Shown here piece by piece: positions 1 to 10,102 of a DNA stretch of 64,000 nt. Source of the stretch: an uncultured virus (IMG/VR IMGVR_UViG_2660238585_000005) (taxonomy: Duplodnaviria; Heunggongvirae; Uroviricota; Caudoviricetes). Location of the stretch: IMG/VR virus record IMGVR_UViG_2660238585_000005. The stretch is one strand, 5' to 3'. The position numbers were made by a program, and so were the translations under genes. Under the pieces are notes generated by a model. The model worked only from the letters and a program-made list of their open reading frames with translations. It was not told the origin of the DNA and searched no databases. Every line of letters starts with the position of its first letter. Positions within the stretch are counted from its first letter, which is position 1.

Positions 1-1434
1 ATGGATATAACATCAATAATAAATGGTCTATTTCCATGGATTATAGTGGCACTAATCTTCTTTGTAATATCTATCTTTGCATATTTAATTTGTCAAAGAA
101 GAAAAGGGCCTTTACAACATCAAAAAATATCTTCAACTTTCATTTTACTATTATTATTTTGTTGGTTAATAATAGTATTTGGGATAACAACATTAAGTCG
201 AGCTGCTAATTATAAGAGTATGATAAATATTCATATGTTTAGTGGATATATTAATGCTTGGAATAAATGGTCATTATCAGAATTTCAACTTATTATTTTT
301 AATATAATAATGTTTATTCCTTTAGGTTTATTGCTACCTTTATATAATGATAAATTTAAAAGATTTATACCAACATTCTTAGTTTCACTAGGAATTACAT
401 TAGGAATTGAATGTATTCAACTAGTAACTAATATGGGTATATTTGAATTAGATGATATTTTTCATAATACCTTGGGTGGAGTTATTGGATTCTTTTTAAT
501 TAGTGGTATTTTAGATTGTATTGAGCATAAAAAGTTCATTTTAAAATCTATACTTAAATCTATAGCAATTCCTATGACTATATGTATTATATTTTTAATA
601 GCATTAACAATCTATTCTACTAAAGAGCTTGGTAATATGCCAATCTTACCTGCAGAAAAACAAAATATGAAGGATATAACGGTTAATTTAGAAACAAACT
701 TATCTGAAAAAACATCAAGTGCTGCTTTATATAAAAATAAGTCTGCTAATAATATAGAAAATGGAAAAAGAATAGCTGATATATTAATTAATGAATATCA
801 GTTAACTCAAGAAGGGAAAATATATATCGATGGTATTAATCGTCTATTTGAGTTTAAAGATTCAACTGGTCAAAAATATATGTTAACTTACGTTTTACCA
901 GATGGAACATGGACATTTACAAACTTATCCAACCCAGAAGAAAGAAAAGTTTCATCGAGTGATGAAAAATATCAAAAGCAATCACTTGAAAAATGGATGA
1001 AAAAAAATAATATATTACCTAATAATGTTAAATATTCTCTACAAGAAAAAAAATATCTTAGATGGGATGTTAAAACACCTAATTCTATAAAAACTTATAG
1101 TAAAAACTTTGGAGAAGGTCTTATTATGGTAACACCATCTGAAAAAAATATTCCGAGTTCAATTTTTTATTCAATCATTGAAAATACTTACATTAAAAAT
1201 ATAGACATTATTTCTCCTAAACAAGCATATGAAAAAATAAAAAATGGAGATTTTGACGTTTATCCAGGTTTTAATAAAGGTGATACTTTAAATATAAAAA
1301 GTGTTGATATTTCATATGTTTATGATACAAAAGGTTATTATCAGCCAGTATATCAATTTAAGGTTCAAGTAAATCAAGTAAATAAAGAAGATTACATTAT
1401 TGATATAAAAATACCAGCAATGAAAAATTTATAA
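1..1434 (+). CDS. VanZ-family membrane protein with long C-terminal soluble domain
   Basis: Motifs NIIMFIPLG, IECIQ and GIFELDDIFHNTLGG within several TM helices. Confidence 0.85.
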   Translation: MDITSIINGLFPWIIVALIFFVISIFAYLICQRRKGPLQHQKISSTFILLLLFCWLIIVFGITTLSRAANYKSMINIHMFSGYINAWNKWSLSEFQLIIFNIIMFIPLGLLLPLYNDKFKRFIPTFLVSLGITLGIECIQLVTNMGIFELDDIFHNTLGGVIGFFLISGILDCIEHKKFILKSILKSIAIPMTICIIFLIALTIYSTKELGNMPILPAEKQNMKDITVNLETNLSEKTSSAALYKNKSANNIENGKRIADILINEYQLTQEGKIYIDGINRLFEFKDSTGQKYMLTYVLPDGTWTFTNLSNPEERKVSSSDEKYQKQSLEKWMKKNNILPNNVKYSLQEKKYLRWDVKTPNSIKTYSKNFGEGLIMVTPSEKNIPSSIFYSIIENTYIKNIDIISPKQAYEKIKNGDFDVYPGFNKGDTLNIKSVDISYVYDTKGYYQPVYQFKVQVNQVNKEDYIIDIKIPAMKNL

Positions 1435-1604
1435 AGATTAAACTATTAATAGTCTATTGTAAATTTTAATACTATACTTTAAATACAAATTGAAAAGTAA
1501 TTAATTCAAGTGTATATAATAACATAAAAGTCTATGAATTTTTTCTTCATAAAATTTATATATAAATTGAATATCAAAAGATTAAAATATATATTTGAAA
1601 TACT

Positions 1605-1654
1605 AAAAAAGGCTAACTGAAATACTAGTTAATAGATTACAGTTAGCCTTTTTT
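1605..1654. terminator. Bidirectional intrinsic terminator
   Basis: A6-GGCTAACTG...CAGTTAGCC-T6. Confidence 0.75.
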
Positions 1655-1850
1655 ATTACTTTTGGTATACAAAAATTTCAAAAACATTTAATAATAGTAG
1701 GATTAATATAATTATACCAAAATCTAAATAAATTAATAATTTTACTTTTAAATAGTTATTATTAGTTATTTCTATAGGAAAGTAAAATTCCTATTATTAA
1801 GTTTTAAAAATTCTAACCTTTACAAAACAATATTTGATGAATTTCATAAA

Positions 1851-1894
1851 AAATAAAAAGAGCACCTCTAATCATGAGATACTCTTTTTATTTT
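1851..1894. terminator. Bidirectional terminator-like hairpin
   Basis: AAATAAAAAGAG...CTCTTTTTATTT. Confidence 0.65.
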
Positions 1895-2194
1895 TGACGT
1901 TGTAGAAGTACTATTTAACTCTAAAGTTCTAACCTCATACCAATTCTTTTTGATATGCTATTTATAGTTATGGCTTACAACTATATGTAATATATGTGAA
2001 ACTATCTAAATTGGTTACTGGTTAAATAAAACTAAGTATATTAAAACCAAAACCATATCTTTATTATACTCTATTTAGTAATCTTTTCCATAGTTTATAT
2101 CCATTTTTTTTGATATATAGAATTTTTTTATAGTTCATCTGTTTCCTATAGATTTAATTTATGATTAAATTTATATTCTATCTTATTTTAAAAG

Positions 2195-2225
2195 AAAAAA
2201 GTACCTCTATTGAGAGGTACTTTTG
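2195..2225. terminator. Bidirectional terminator
   Basis: A6-GTACCTCT-ATTG-AGAGGTAC-T5. Confidence 0.75.
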
Positions 2226-2485
2226 CAAAAAAATAATGTTAGGTTTATCTTAATATTAGTTACAATTATAACTAATTCGAGTTTAGCTATGTAATTTGAG
2301 GTTTAAAGAGCACTAAATACTAGTACTCTTTAAAATTGATACTTAATACATTAATCATTTGAATCATGAACGAGTATAACGATATAATTTATTATATCTA
2401 TATATATAATATAATTTTAAGCTTCTTAATACAAGTATTATATATCAATTTTATTTGATATATAATATAAAGTTTACGTAAAAAT

Positions 2486-2513
2486 AAAAAGCACTCATCT
2501 ATTTGAGTGCTTT
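2486..2513 (-). terminator. Terminator downstream of 32-aa peptide gene
   Basis: GCACTCA...TGAGTGC stem with T-tract on the minus strand. Confidence 0.65.
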
Positions 2514-2529
2514 ATCTATATAAAATTAA

Positions 2530-2628
2530 TTACTGTTCATTTGCTTCCTTTAGTTCTTCATTTAATACCCCTGCACAAGTAGCTAATATAAAAGGTACTA
2601 TCAATAATGTTCCTAATACGATTGTCAT
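2530..2628 (-). CDS. 32-aa hydrophobic peptide MTIVLGTLLIVPFILATCAGVLNEELKEANEQ
   Basis: Translated by hand; RBS GGGAGGG, upstream TATAAT, downstream terminator. Confidence 0.65.
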   Translation of the reverse strand: MTIVLGTLLIVPFILATCAGVLNEELKEANEQ

Positions 2629-2860
2629 ATATAACCCTCCCCTAGATTTATTTTACTTGATGAGTTTATTATACATGCTCAATCTTAAAAAAGCCTTTCA
2701 CCAACCTTAAACATTCCTTACATTTTTGATAGATATATCGAATAATTTATACATTATATTTTTTACCAAAATTTAACTATATATTAACATGCTCTTAACT
2801 CAATTTTTCCCAGTTTAGTTATAATAAGTGTAGACATTATACATAAAATGGAGGATACTT

Positions 2861-3382
2861 ATGAATTTTAAAAAACTTAAAAGCGGTATTGCATTATCAT
2901 TAATTATAGCTACAGTTTCAATACCTTTTTCAAACTCAATTTTCGCATTAGAAATTGCTAATTCTACTACACCAACTGAGTTTGTAGAAAATAAAAATAT
3001 AGGTATAGATGAAGTTTCTGAGTTCTTTGGGTTAACAAATAATGAAAAAAATGAATTTAGAAAATCAATTGATGAGTATAAAAAAGAAGAACAATTACGT
3101 CAAGAACATGAGTATAAAATCTATGGTAATCAATTTGGCAAATTAAGTTTATCAACGAAAGCGATGCGCAAAATATGGAGAAAGCTACCTTTTAAAGTAA
3201 GAAAAACAATAGTTCAACATACAGGTCTTACTGGTGCTGCAGCAATACAAAGTATTGTTTCAACAGTAGATCATTTTACAGGATCAGTAGAAGATGGTGT
3301 TTATAAAGCTTGTAAAAAACTAGGCATGAACAATCACTATTCTTGGTGGGTTACAAAAACAATAACCCTATTTTTATTATAA
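2861..3382 (+). CDS. Secreted protein with cationic, amphipathic C-terminal domain (bacteriocin-like?)
   Basis: GGAGG RBS, signal peptide, acidic spacer, basic helical C-terminus; function is inference. Confidence 0.6.
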   Translation: MNFKKLKSGIALSLIIATVSIPFSNSIFALEIANSTTPTEFVENKNIGIDEVSEFFGLTNNEKNEFRKSIDEYKKEEQLRQEHEYKIYGNQFGKLSLSTKAMRKIWRKLPFKVRKTIVQHTGLTGAAAIQSIVSTVDHFTGSVEDGVYKACKKLGMNNHYSWWVTKTITLFLL

Positions 3383-3540
3383 AATATATTATGATATTAT
3401 CTATACTTTTAATTATATTTTCATTGATCCAAATTTTTAGACCATGCAAAAACAAAAATATTATGTTTTATATAATATACATATTAATCATGGTTATAAA
3501 TATTATATCTATAATAGTTCATATATTACAATTTCTATAA
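3343..3540 (+). CDS. Small 2-TM membrane protein (possible immunity protein); start uncertain
   Basis: Two hydrophobic stretches, directly downstream of 2861-3382. Confidence 0.45.
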   Translation: MVGYKNNNPIFIIKYIMILSILLIIFSLIQIFRPCKNKNIMFYIIYILIMVINIISIIVHILQFL

Positions 3541-3749
3541 AAAAAGAAAACTAAATAAATCAAATCTAGATTTTGAAATGGCAATAGTTAATTAAGTGAG
3601 AGTGTTGATGCAAATGACGCTCAAACTTTTAATAGAGTATTTTTATCTCCTTAGGGAGCTATGTTTTAATCTTAGAGTTGATTTGTTTAGTTTTCTATAA
3701 TATATTTATACCTTATTTTTCATCTTGTAAACATTTTCTTGAAAATTTC

Positions 3750-3792
3750 AAGATAAAAAGAGTATCATTAAACTATATACTCTTTTTATCTT
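3750..3792. terminator. Terminator after endolysin
   Basis: AGATAAAAAGAGTAT...ATACTCTTTTTATCT. Confidence 0.7.
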
Positions 3793-3852
3793 AAAATTAA
3801 ACTGTATTTATTCTAAAGTATTACATGCAACAATGGTACCTATATCAACATA

Positions 3853-4635
3853 TTAAATTAATTTTAAATATTTAGAATTTACATATCCAAGACCTTTATT
3901 ACCTTTAAATCCTTCTATACTTACCCATCTATTTAGACAATATTGTAAATTCACTATATCTCCATATTTAACTTGTCCTATAATCTCATATTCTGTCCCT
4001 CTATCCCATCTAACATTTAATACATCTGCAATTACTTTAGCTTTTCTTCCAGAATAATCACCATTTGTAAATCCTTCAGTATTAGTTTCAGTGTCAGTGT
4101 CCTTCCATTCAACTGAATTAAATTTGCATATTCCTTTTGCTATAGCTTTAGCAAACTTATCTTTATTGTTCATTATTAAATTATAGTCTTCCTCATTAGT
4201 TATAAATCCTAACTCAACTAAACATGCATCCATATTAGTTTCTCTTATAACATGTAAGTTACCCTCTTTGACACCTCTATTTTTAGTGTATAGTCCTTCT
4301 TTAATAATTTCAGAATGTATAGCATCAGCCAAAGCTCTATATTTGAATTTATAACAATAAGTTTCTAAACCTTGAGCATTAGGATTGTCTACACTATTAC
4401 AATGTATAGATACAAATGAATTTACACCTAGGCTATTAGCTTTACTACTTCTTTCGCTTAGAGTTAAAAATATATCAGTATTTCTAGTATTTATATTTTT
4501 TATATCTTGTGTTTTTAAATAATCGCTTACTTTATTTGCAACTTCTAAAACTATATCTTTCTCTAAGCATCCAGCTACTCCTATAGCTCCTGAATCATGT
4601 CCTCCATGTCCTGCGTCTGTCATATTTGTTCTCAT
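3853..4635 (-). CDS. Endolysin: Amidase_3 N-acetylmuramoyl-L-alanine amidase + SH3b domain
   Basis: DAGHGGHD, EKD, SIHCN, LVELGFITN; C-terminal LNVR..G motif. Confidence 0.95.
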   Translation of the reverse strand: MRTNMTDAGHGGHDSGAIGVAGCLEKDIVLEVANKVSDYLKTQDIKNINTRNTDIFLTLSERSSKANSLGVNSFVSIHCNSVDNPNAQGLETYCYKFKYRALADAIHSEIIKEGLYTKNRGVKEGNLHVIRETNMDACLVELGFITNEEDYNLIMNNKDKFAKAIAKGICKFNSVEWKDTDTETNTEGFTNGDYSGRKAKVIADVLNVRWDRGTEYEIIGQVKYGDIVNLQYCLNRWVSIEGFKGNKGLGYVNSKYLKLI

Positions 4636-4849
4636 AATAAAATCCTCCTAAAGTTTATTTTCTTAATATGAAAGTAAAGAAAAAAATAAATTGTTACTAA
4701 TTTTTTACTTTTTTATTAATTATTTATTTTAAAAGACAATAAAAAAAGACTTCAAAGAGTCTAATTCACTGTATTTTATTTAACTTAATTTTAAATTACT
4801 TTTAATTTTCGAATAATTTTTTTAACATTGTTTTTAAATTTTATATAAA

Positions 4850-5068
4850 TTATTTATTATCTTTTAATCCTTTTGTAGATGGATCTACAACTACACCTAT
4901 AACTGCAGCTGCAACAGCAACAACTGCAACTGGATTAGCTAATATATCTAATAAGGCATTACCTAAAAGATTCCAACTTGTTAAAGTCTTAAAATCTACT
5001 CCAGCGGCACTAAATATAACACCACCCAATCCTAGCCAAAAATATGGATTTTTTATTCTATTTTTCAT
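4850..5068 (-). CDS. Holin (phi LC3-like)
   Basis: RIKNPYFW...GVVVDPSTKGLKD; upstream of the lysin. Confidence 0.85.
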   Translation of the reverse strand: MKNRIKNPYFWLGLGGVIFSAAGVDFKTLTSWNLLGNALLDILANPVAVVAVAAAVIGVVVDPSTKGLKDNK

Positions 5069-5354
5069 TTAAACCATCTCCTTTTATTTTTAATGAATCT
5101 AACCTATGGTGTGCTGATTTTGTACTCTCCTCTACCTTTATAAGTCTTTCTACAACAGTGTTTATTTTTGTATCTTGAGCTTTTATATCAAGCCTTATGT
5201 CATCAACTCCTTTACTTATATAATCTAACTTTGTAGCAACTACAGTTTTTTGAGATGCATCATTTTCTATGTCTTTTTCATTTTTCTTTTTATAGCTCAT
5301 ATAGCCTAACATGGCACCAGCTATAGTACAGAGTAAAGTAATCTCTATATTCAT
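5058..5354 (-). CDS. Lysis-module protein with N-terminal TM and coiled coil (XhlA/holin-associated)
   Basis: TM + VEESTKSAHHRLD; homolog at 40408-40704. Confidence 0.7.
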   Translation of the reverse strand: MNIEITLLCTIAGAMLGYMSYKKKNEKDIENDASQKTVVATKLDYISKGVDDIRLDIKAQDTKINTVVERLIKVEESTKSAHHRLDSLKIKGDGLNEK

Positions 5355-5387
5355 ATATCCTCCTAAATTTTATATAAAAAGTTAAAA

Positions 5388-8300
5388 TTAACTAGCTTTT
5401 AATTGTTGTATTTTTAATTTTAATTTTTCTATTTCATAAATAGCTTTTTGTAATGCTACTCCTAAAACTCCTACATAACTTTTTTCGTTGTATTGATACA
5501 TATTTGCTTTGTCCTTAAAAATAAATTCTTTACCTACTGGATGTTTTGCTATATCTTGCGCTATAAATCCAACATTGTGAAGTGATCTGTTTGAGTCATC
5601 AGCAGATATATAATCATAAGTATAGAAAGGCATTTCTTTTACAAAGTTATAATAATCAATTTTGGTAAGTACTTCACTTGGTGGTAACTGAACAAGCACA
5701 GGAAAATTATAAGGAACTATATTCACATCTTGTATAGGCTTTATATTTTTCTTCAATCGTGCATCTGAAGTATTTATAATTCCATTAGAAGCATATATAG
5801 TTCTAAATCGGCTTTCTGGAGTATCATATCCAAGGTCCATGGGGTTTATAGTCATCTTCCTAAGCATATATTCATCTTTACCCCAATATTGTTCTATACC
5901 AAATCCTTGTTTTAAGTCTTTTGTGTAAATTTGTCCATTCGTTAGGATATTTTTATTCAGAACTAAATTCCCGTCTATCTTAGCATCTGAAAAAGATTGA
6001 AAACCATTTTTGAATACTAAACCGGATTTACTTGCTTGAATCCATGTATTTTTATCAGCTATAAGCGAAAACTCTCCCATGCTTTTTATTCTAGTTCTAC
6101 CATCTTCATAAAAATTTAATTGAGTTTCATCCGCACGAGTTCTTGAACGATAATAAATACTATGGTAAGGTTTAGTCTTTTCTGGATTCTTATCATTGCC
6201 AAAAGTACTCATTCCAAAGTATGTTCCAGAGTATGGAGCTCCTTGTTGTTCAGAGTAAATAAAACCATCATGCCCCATTAAAAACTCGGGAACTCCCGTA
6301 TATCCTTGCCAAGTTCTGTAACCTAAGTGTATACAAGCTGTGTTTCCATTCTTAACTCTAAATGTTTCATTTTGGATTTCTACATATCTACCATTTACGG
6401 CATTACCTATTGTGGTAGCTCCAGCTATATCTATCTTAGATGCTTTTATTTTAATTGATTCTGAAGTTTGATTTATACTAGATATAACACCATCCACATC
6501 AATTTTTAAACTTATTTTATTATCTAATTGAGTGATTTGAGATTTACTAGCATACTTTGAATCAGTTTCTCCTTTTTTATAAAATTGAGAACTTACAGTA
6601 CTTATTATATAAGCATCTGTTATCTTTTGCTCTGCAACATTCATTCTTGTACTTAAATTAGACACTTGTCCATTTATATTAGCATTAGTTGTTTCCACAG
6701 AACTGACTCTACTGGTTATGCTAGATAAATTAGTTTCTATACTTGCTAACTTATTATTAGTAGTAGTTATTTCATTTTGATAATCTTCAGGAGCTGGATT
6801 CCAGTTATTTGATGTTTTATTACCACTAACTAATTTGATCCAATCTATAGATGAAGGAGCAGTAATATTTGAGCTAATTGCATATATCAATAAACCTAAA
6901 TTGGTTTTTTCTATATTACCAAACTTAGTTAACCATTTAAATGTTTTAATATATAGTCCATCTGAATTTCTATCTTTATGGGTTATTAAAGTTACATAGT
7001 TGCTATTACTATCAGTATTAAAAATACCAAAAGCTTCTTTTTTAGAATTAAGCTCACCTTTAATTACTAGGGTTACCACTTCATCATGTTTAGGTTTTTC
7101 ATATCCAAAGTCATATGCAGCCATATAATAGCTCGATGTATTTATTTTTATAGCTGAGTTTAATAATAAGTTTCTATCTCCTATTTGTATGTTGTTAACT
7201 TTATCATTTAATGAAGTTATACTAATTTCTGTATTACTAACTTTTTGAGTTATACCATTTAAATCTCTTTCAACTATATTCACTTTAGTTTCAACATTAT
7301 TAATTTTTCCAGTTTGTTCATTAATTTTAGTTGTATGACTTCCTATAGTAAATTTAAGAGAATCTATCGTCTCTATAGTTCGGTTATAATCATCTTTAAG
7401 TAAGACTGTTTTACCATCTTTAATTATTTTAGTATTATTTATAGCAGTATTAATTTGACCTTGCATAACACCTATAGTTGTACTGTGATTTTCTGTTAAA
7501 GTCGTATTATCATCAGATTGTTTTTTTAAGGAGTTAAAAGCTATATCTAAAGTTTGATTTTGATTGTTCAATTTTATCTTTGTAGCATTTAATGTATGTA
7601 TATTTGTATCTTTATTAAATCCTTCTGAGAAACTAGAATAATCTATTTGTTTTTCTCCTACTGAATTACTAGCAATCATATTAGACTTTATTAAATCATT
7701 AGCTATAGCTTTTTCTTTTACTCCAGTATGATCTATTAATACACTTTGTCCATCTTCACCTCTAATAATAAAATTAAAATTATCTTTAGTGTCTTTTCCC
7801 ATTTGGATTCTAACTTTATTACTTTTATCCTTAAATTGTAAAGTAGTTCCTATAATTTCAATTCCACCATCATCAGATTTAATTTTTACTTTGTTAGTGC
7901 TTATTTCTCCTGCATTAATTTTAGATGCATTTATACTAACTATATTTGCATCATCAACAAATATAGTTTTCATATTTAACCTATCCCCAGTAATACCGCT
8001 TACCTGTATATTTTCACTAGATAAATTTCCATTTACAAGAGTTCGTATATTACCGACATTAGCTTCTAATACTTGTATAGTTGCATTTGTTGCATTTAAA
8101 TCTGTTATACTGGCTTTATTTGCATTTAAATTAGTTATAGACGCATCATGTTTTACAACTAATTTATCTATAGTAGCAACATTAGTTGTAAGGCTTCCTA
8201 TTTGAGCGTTAACCGCAGTTAATTGGCCAGATATAGTAACATCTTGAGCTTCTAAATTAATTATTTTTGCATTTATAGCTTTAATGTTTGTAGCTTCTAT

Positions 8301-9392
8301 AACTTCTTTGTAGAAATCTTTTATTTGACTTGTCTCTATACCATCTATAGTAGAACCCTTTACAGTTCCATTATCAGTAGTTATATTTTCTACTGTGTCA
8401 GCTGCTTCTTGAAACTGTGTTTGAATATCTTCAAAGCATAAGGTAGTATTAGCAAGTTCTACACTATCTTTATCATGTTTATCTGGAAACTCTATTATTT
8501 TAACTATTCTTTGTTTATCTTTAAATTTATCTTCTTTAGATATAAGAGTTATTGTATCTCCTAACTTATAATCCAAAATATTTTTATATTTATCATTAAG
8601 TTTTGCTAAACTTAAAATTGCAGCAGAATAAGATCTAAAGGGTTTTGATATTTCATTTAATTTGGCTAGAGCATCATCTTTAAGATGCTCTTTAACGGTA
8701 TACCTATCATCTATCCAATATGCAGTTTTAATTTTATTAGAATACTGATAGTTTTCTACGTATTCTTTTTTATCATTTATATCAGTAATCTTTAAATCAT
8801 CTTTTCCGATAGGAATTAATCTTGTAAAGTAACCATAAGAACTACCTTGAATAGATAAAGATTTTAGATTTAAAGAATCTATAAAGTAAGTTCCTTTGTC
8901 TTCTCCTAGGTGTTCATATACATCTATGGTTTTAGATAGAGTGTTAAAAACTATATCACATCTATATATTTTTTTAATTTCTTGTACGATTTCCAAACTA
9001 GAGCAGTTAGTCATTCTAACAGTTCTCTTTTTCTTTAAATCGCACTTACCTACAACCCAACCAGTACCAGCTAAAGCAAGAGCTAAGGCTTTATTAATTG
9101 TTTGTTCTTTACTTTCAAACTTTGAAAAAGGCTTACCTTCTATATCCTCTAAATTTAAAATACATTTAAATTCAGTATATTCACTTTGGACAATTCTTTC
9201 TTTAACTATATATTCATTTTCTTTGGTCCTTATATAGCACTCTTCTACTATATCAAAATAGTAATTTGCTTTTTTAGGATAATAAAAACAGAGTGTCTTT
9301 TCCCCACTCTGCAACTCACTTTCTATAAATAAATCTTTATAATCTATTAAACCAGCTATTTTTTTCTTGTTTTTATCATGTAAATGTATCAA
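5388..9392 (-). CDS. Tail spike/Tal-type minor structural protein with C-terminal intramolecular chaperone (peptidase S74-like)
   Basis: N-terminal tail endopeptidase-like region (TRLIPIGKD); C-terminal TSDARLKKNI...GFIAQD. Confidence 0.85.
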   Translation of the reverse strand: MIHLHDKNKKKIAGLIDYKDLFIESELQSGEKTLCFYYPKKANYYFDIVEECYIRTKENEYIVKERIVQSEYTEFKCILNLEDIEGKPFSKFESKEQTINKALALALAGTGWVVGKCDLKKKRTVRMTNCSSLEIVQEIKKIYRCDIVFNTLSKTIDVYEHLGEDKGTYFIDSLNLKSLSIQGSSYGYFTRLIPIGKDDLKITDINDKKEYVENYQYSNKIKTAYWIDDRYTVKEHLKDDALAKLNEISKPFRSYSAAILSLAKLNDKYKNILDYKLGDTITLISKEDKFKDKQRIVKIIEFPDKHDKDSVELANTTLCFEDIQTQFQEAADTVENITTDNGTVKGSTIDGIETSQIKDFYKEVIEATNIKAINAKIINLEAQDVTISGQLTAVNAQIGSLTTNVATIDKLVVKHDASITNLNANKASITDLNATNATIQVLEANVGNIRTLVNGNLSSENIQVSGITGDRLNMKTIFVDDANIVSINASKINAGEISTNKVKIKSDDGGIEIIGTTLQFKDKSNKVRIQMGKDTKDNFNFIIRGEDGQSVLIDHTGVKEKAIANDLIKSNMIASNSVGEKQIDYSSFSEGFNKDTNIHTLNATKIKLNNQNQTLDIAFNSLKKQSDDNTTLTENHSTTIGVMQGQINTAINNTKIIKDGKTVLLKDDYNRTIETIDSLKFTIGSHTTKINEQTGKINNVETKVNIVERDLNGITQKVSNTEISITSLNDKVNNIQIGDRNLLLNSAIKINTSSYYMAAYDFGYEKPKHDEVVTLVIKGELNSKKEAFGIFNTDSNSNYVTLITHKDRNSDGLYIKTFKWLTKFGNIEKTNLGLLIYAISSNITAPSSIDWIKLVSGNKTSNNWNPAPEDYQNEITTTNNKLASIETNLSSITSRVSSVETTNANINGQVSNLSTRMNVAEQKITDAYIISTVSSQFYKKGETDSKYASKSQITQLDNKISLKIDVDGVISSINQTSESIKIKASKIDIAGATTIGNAVNGRYVEIQNETFRVKNGNTACIHLGYRTWQGYTGVPEFLMGHDGFIYSEQQGAPYSGTYFGMSTFGNDKNPEKTKPYHSIYYRSRTRADETQLNFYEDGRTRIKSMGEFSLIADKNTWIQASKSGLVFKNGFQSFSDAKIDGNLVLNKNILTNGQIYTKDLKQGFGIEQYWGKDEYMLRKMTINPMDLGYDTPESRFRTIYASNGIINTSDARLKKNIKPIQDVNIVPYNFPVLVQLPPSEVLTKIDYYNFVKEMPFYTYDYISADDSNRSLHNVGFIAQDIAKHPVGKEFIFKDKANMYQYNEKSYVGVLGVALQKAIYEIEKLKLKIQQLKAS

Positions 9393-9432
9393 AAGAGGCT
9401 CCCCTCCTTTCTTACTAAATCCAACTAATCAA

Positions 9433-9828
9433 TTACTCTTCTTCATCTATCATATAGTCTATAACCATTAATTCTGCTGGAGACATATCGCAATTACTGT
9501 TATATAAATCATTTATATTAAATTTATGAATATCTATATCAACTTCTATATCTAAAAGTGAATTTATTTCTTTATTGCATACATCTATAAATTCTTCTTT
9601 AATGTCATATGTATTATCTTTATTTAATTTCAATTTTCCATCTTCATCTTTAACACAGTATTTTTCTATTATTTTTTCTCTTTCAGAGTTATATATTTGT
9701 AACTCACTTTCTATCTTCTTTATATTTTTAGCTAGAGCATAAGATAATTTACAAGGTAAACCTTGTTTATATGCTATATTACTTAATTGTTGTGATCCAT
9801 TTACTAATTTTCTTAATGGTAATTTCAT
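9433..9828 (-). CDS. Phage tail-region hypothetical protein (DUF1617-like)
   Basis: KLSYALAKNIKKIESEL...EREKIIEKY; position in tail operon. Confidence 0.6.
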   Translation of the reverse strand: MKLPLRKLVNGSQQLSNIAYKQGLPCKLSYALAKNIKKIESELQIYNSEREKIIEKYCVKDEDGKLKLNKDNTYDIKEEFIDVCNKEINSLLDIEVDIDIHKFNINDLYNSNCDMSPAELMVIDYMIDEEE

Positions 9829-9857
9829 AATACTTCTCTCCCTTTTAAAATATATTT

Positions 9858-10097
9858 TTACTTAGCTTCTAACTTGTCTTGTTCTGCATATACTAAATCT
9901 TCAAAGTCTCTCATATCTTTTCTTATAGCTTCTTTATTTTTATTGTAGGCTTCTTGATTTTGTACAGTTTTGCTTAAGTTTTCTTGAGTAGTTCCATCTG
10001 TACTTAAACTAGCACTCATATATACAACTACTTGTCCATCTATTGATGATGTTCCAGATATATTTATTGTTTTATTTGTATTTAACATTTGTATCAT
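9858..10097 (-). CDS. Phage tail-region hypothetical protein
   Basis: Tightly packed in the tail operon. Confidence 0.65.
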   Translation of the reverse strand: MIQMLNTNKTINISGTSSIDGQVVVYMSASLSTDGTTQENLSKTVQNQEAYNKNKEAIRKDMRDFEDLVYAEQDKLEAK

Positions 10098-10102
10098 CCT
10101 TT

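Noticed and set aside
2507..2710. 67-aa plus-strand ORF
   Set aside because: Starts inside a terminator with no RBS; the minus-strand 32-aa ORF has the expression signals.
3578..3625. c-di-GMP-I riboswitch suggested by GGCAA...GCAAA (also considered at 34730-34845)
   Set aside because: The GAAA tetraloop and second-stem consensus are missing, and it is not in a 5' leader.
1440..3850. Left att site of prophage 1 within the window
   Set aside because: I found no ATPase 5' half and no match to the right-junction motif here.
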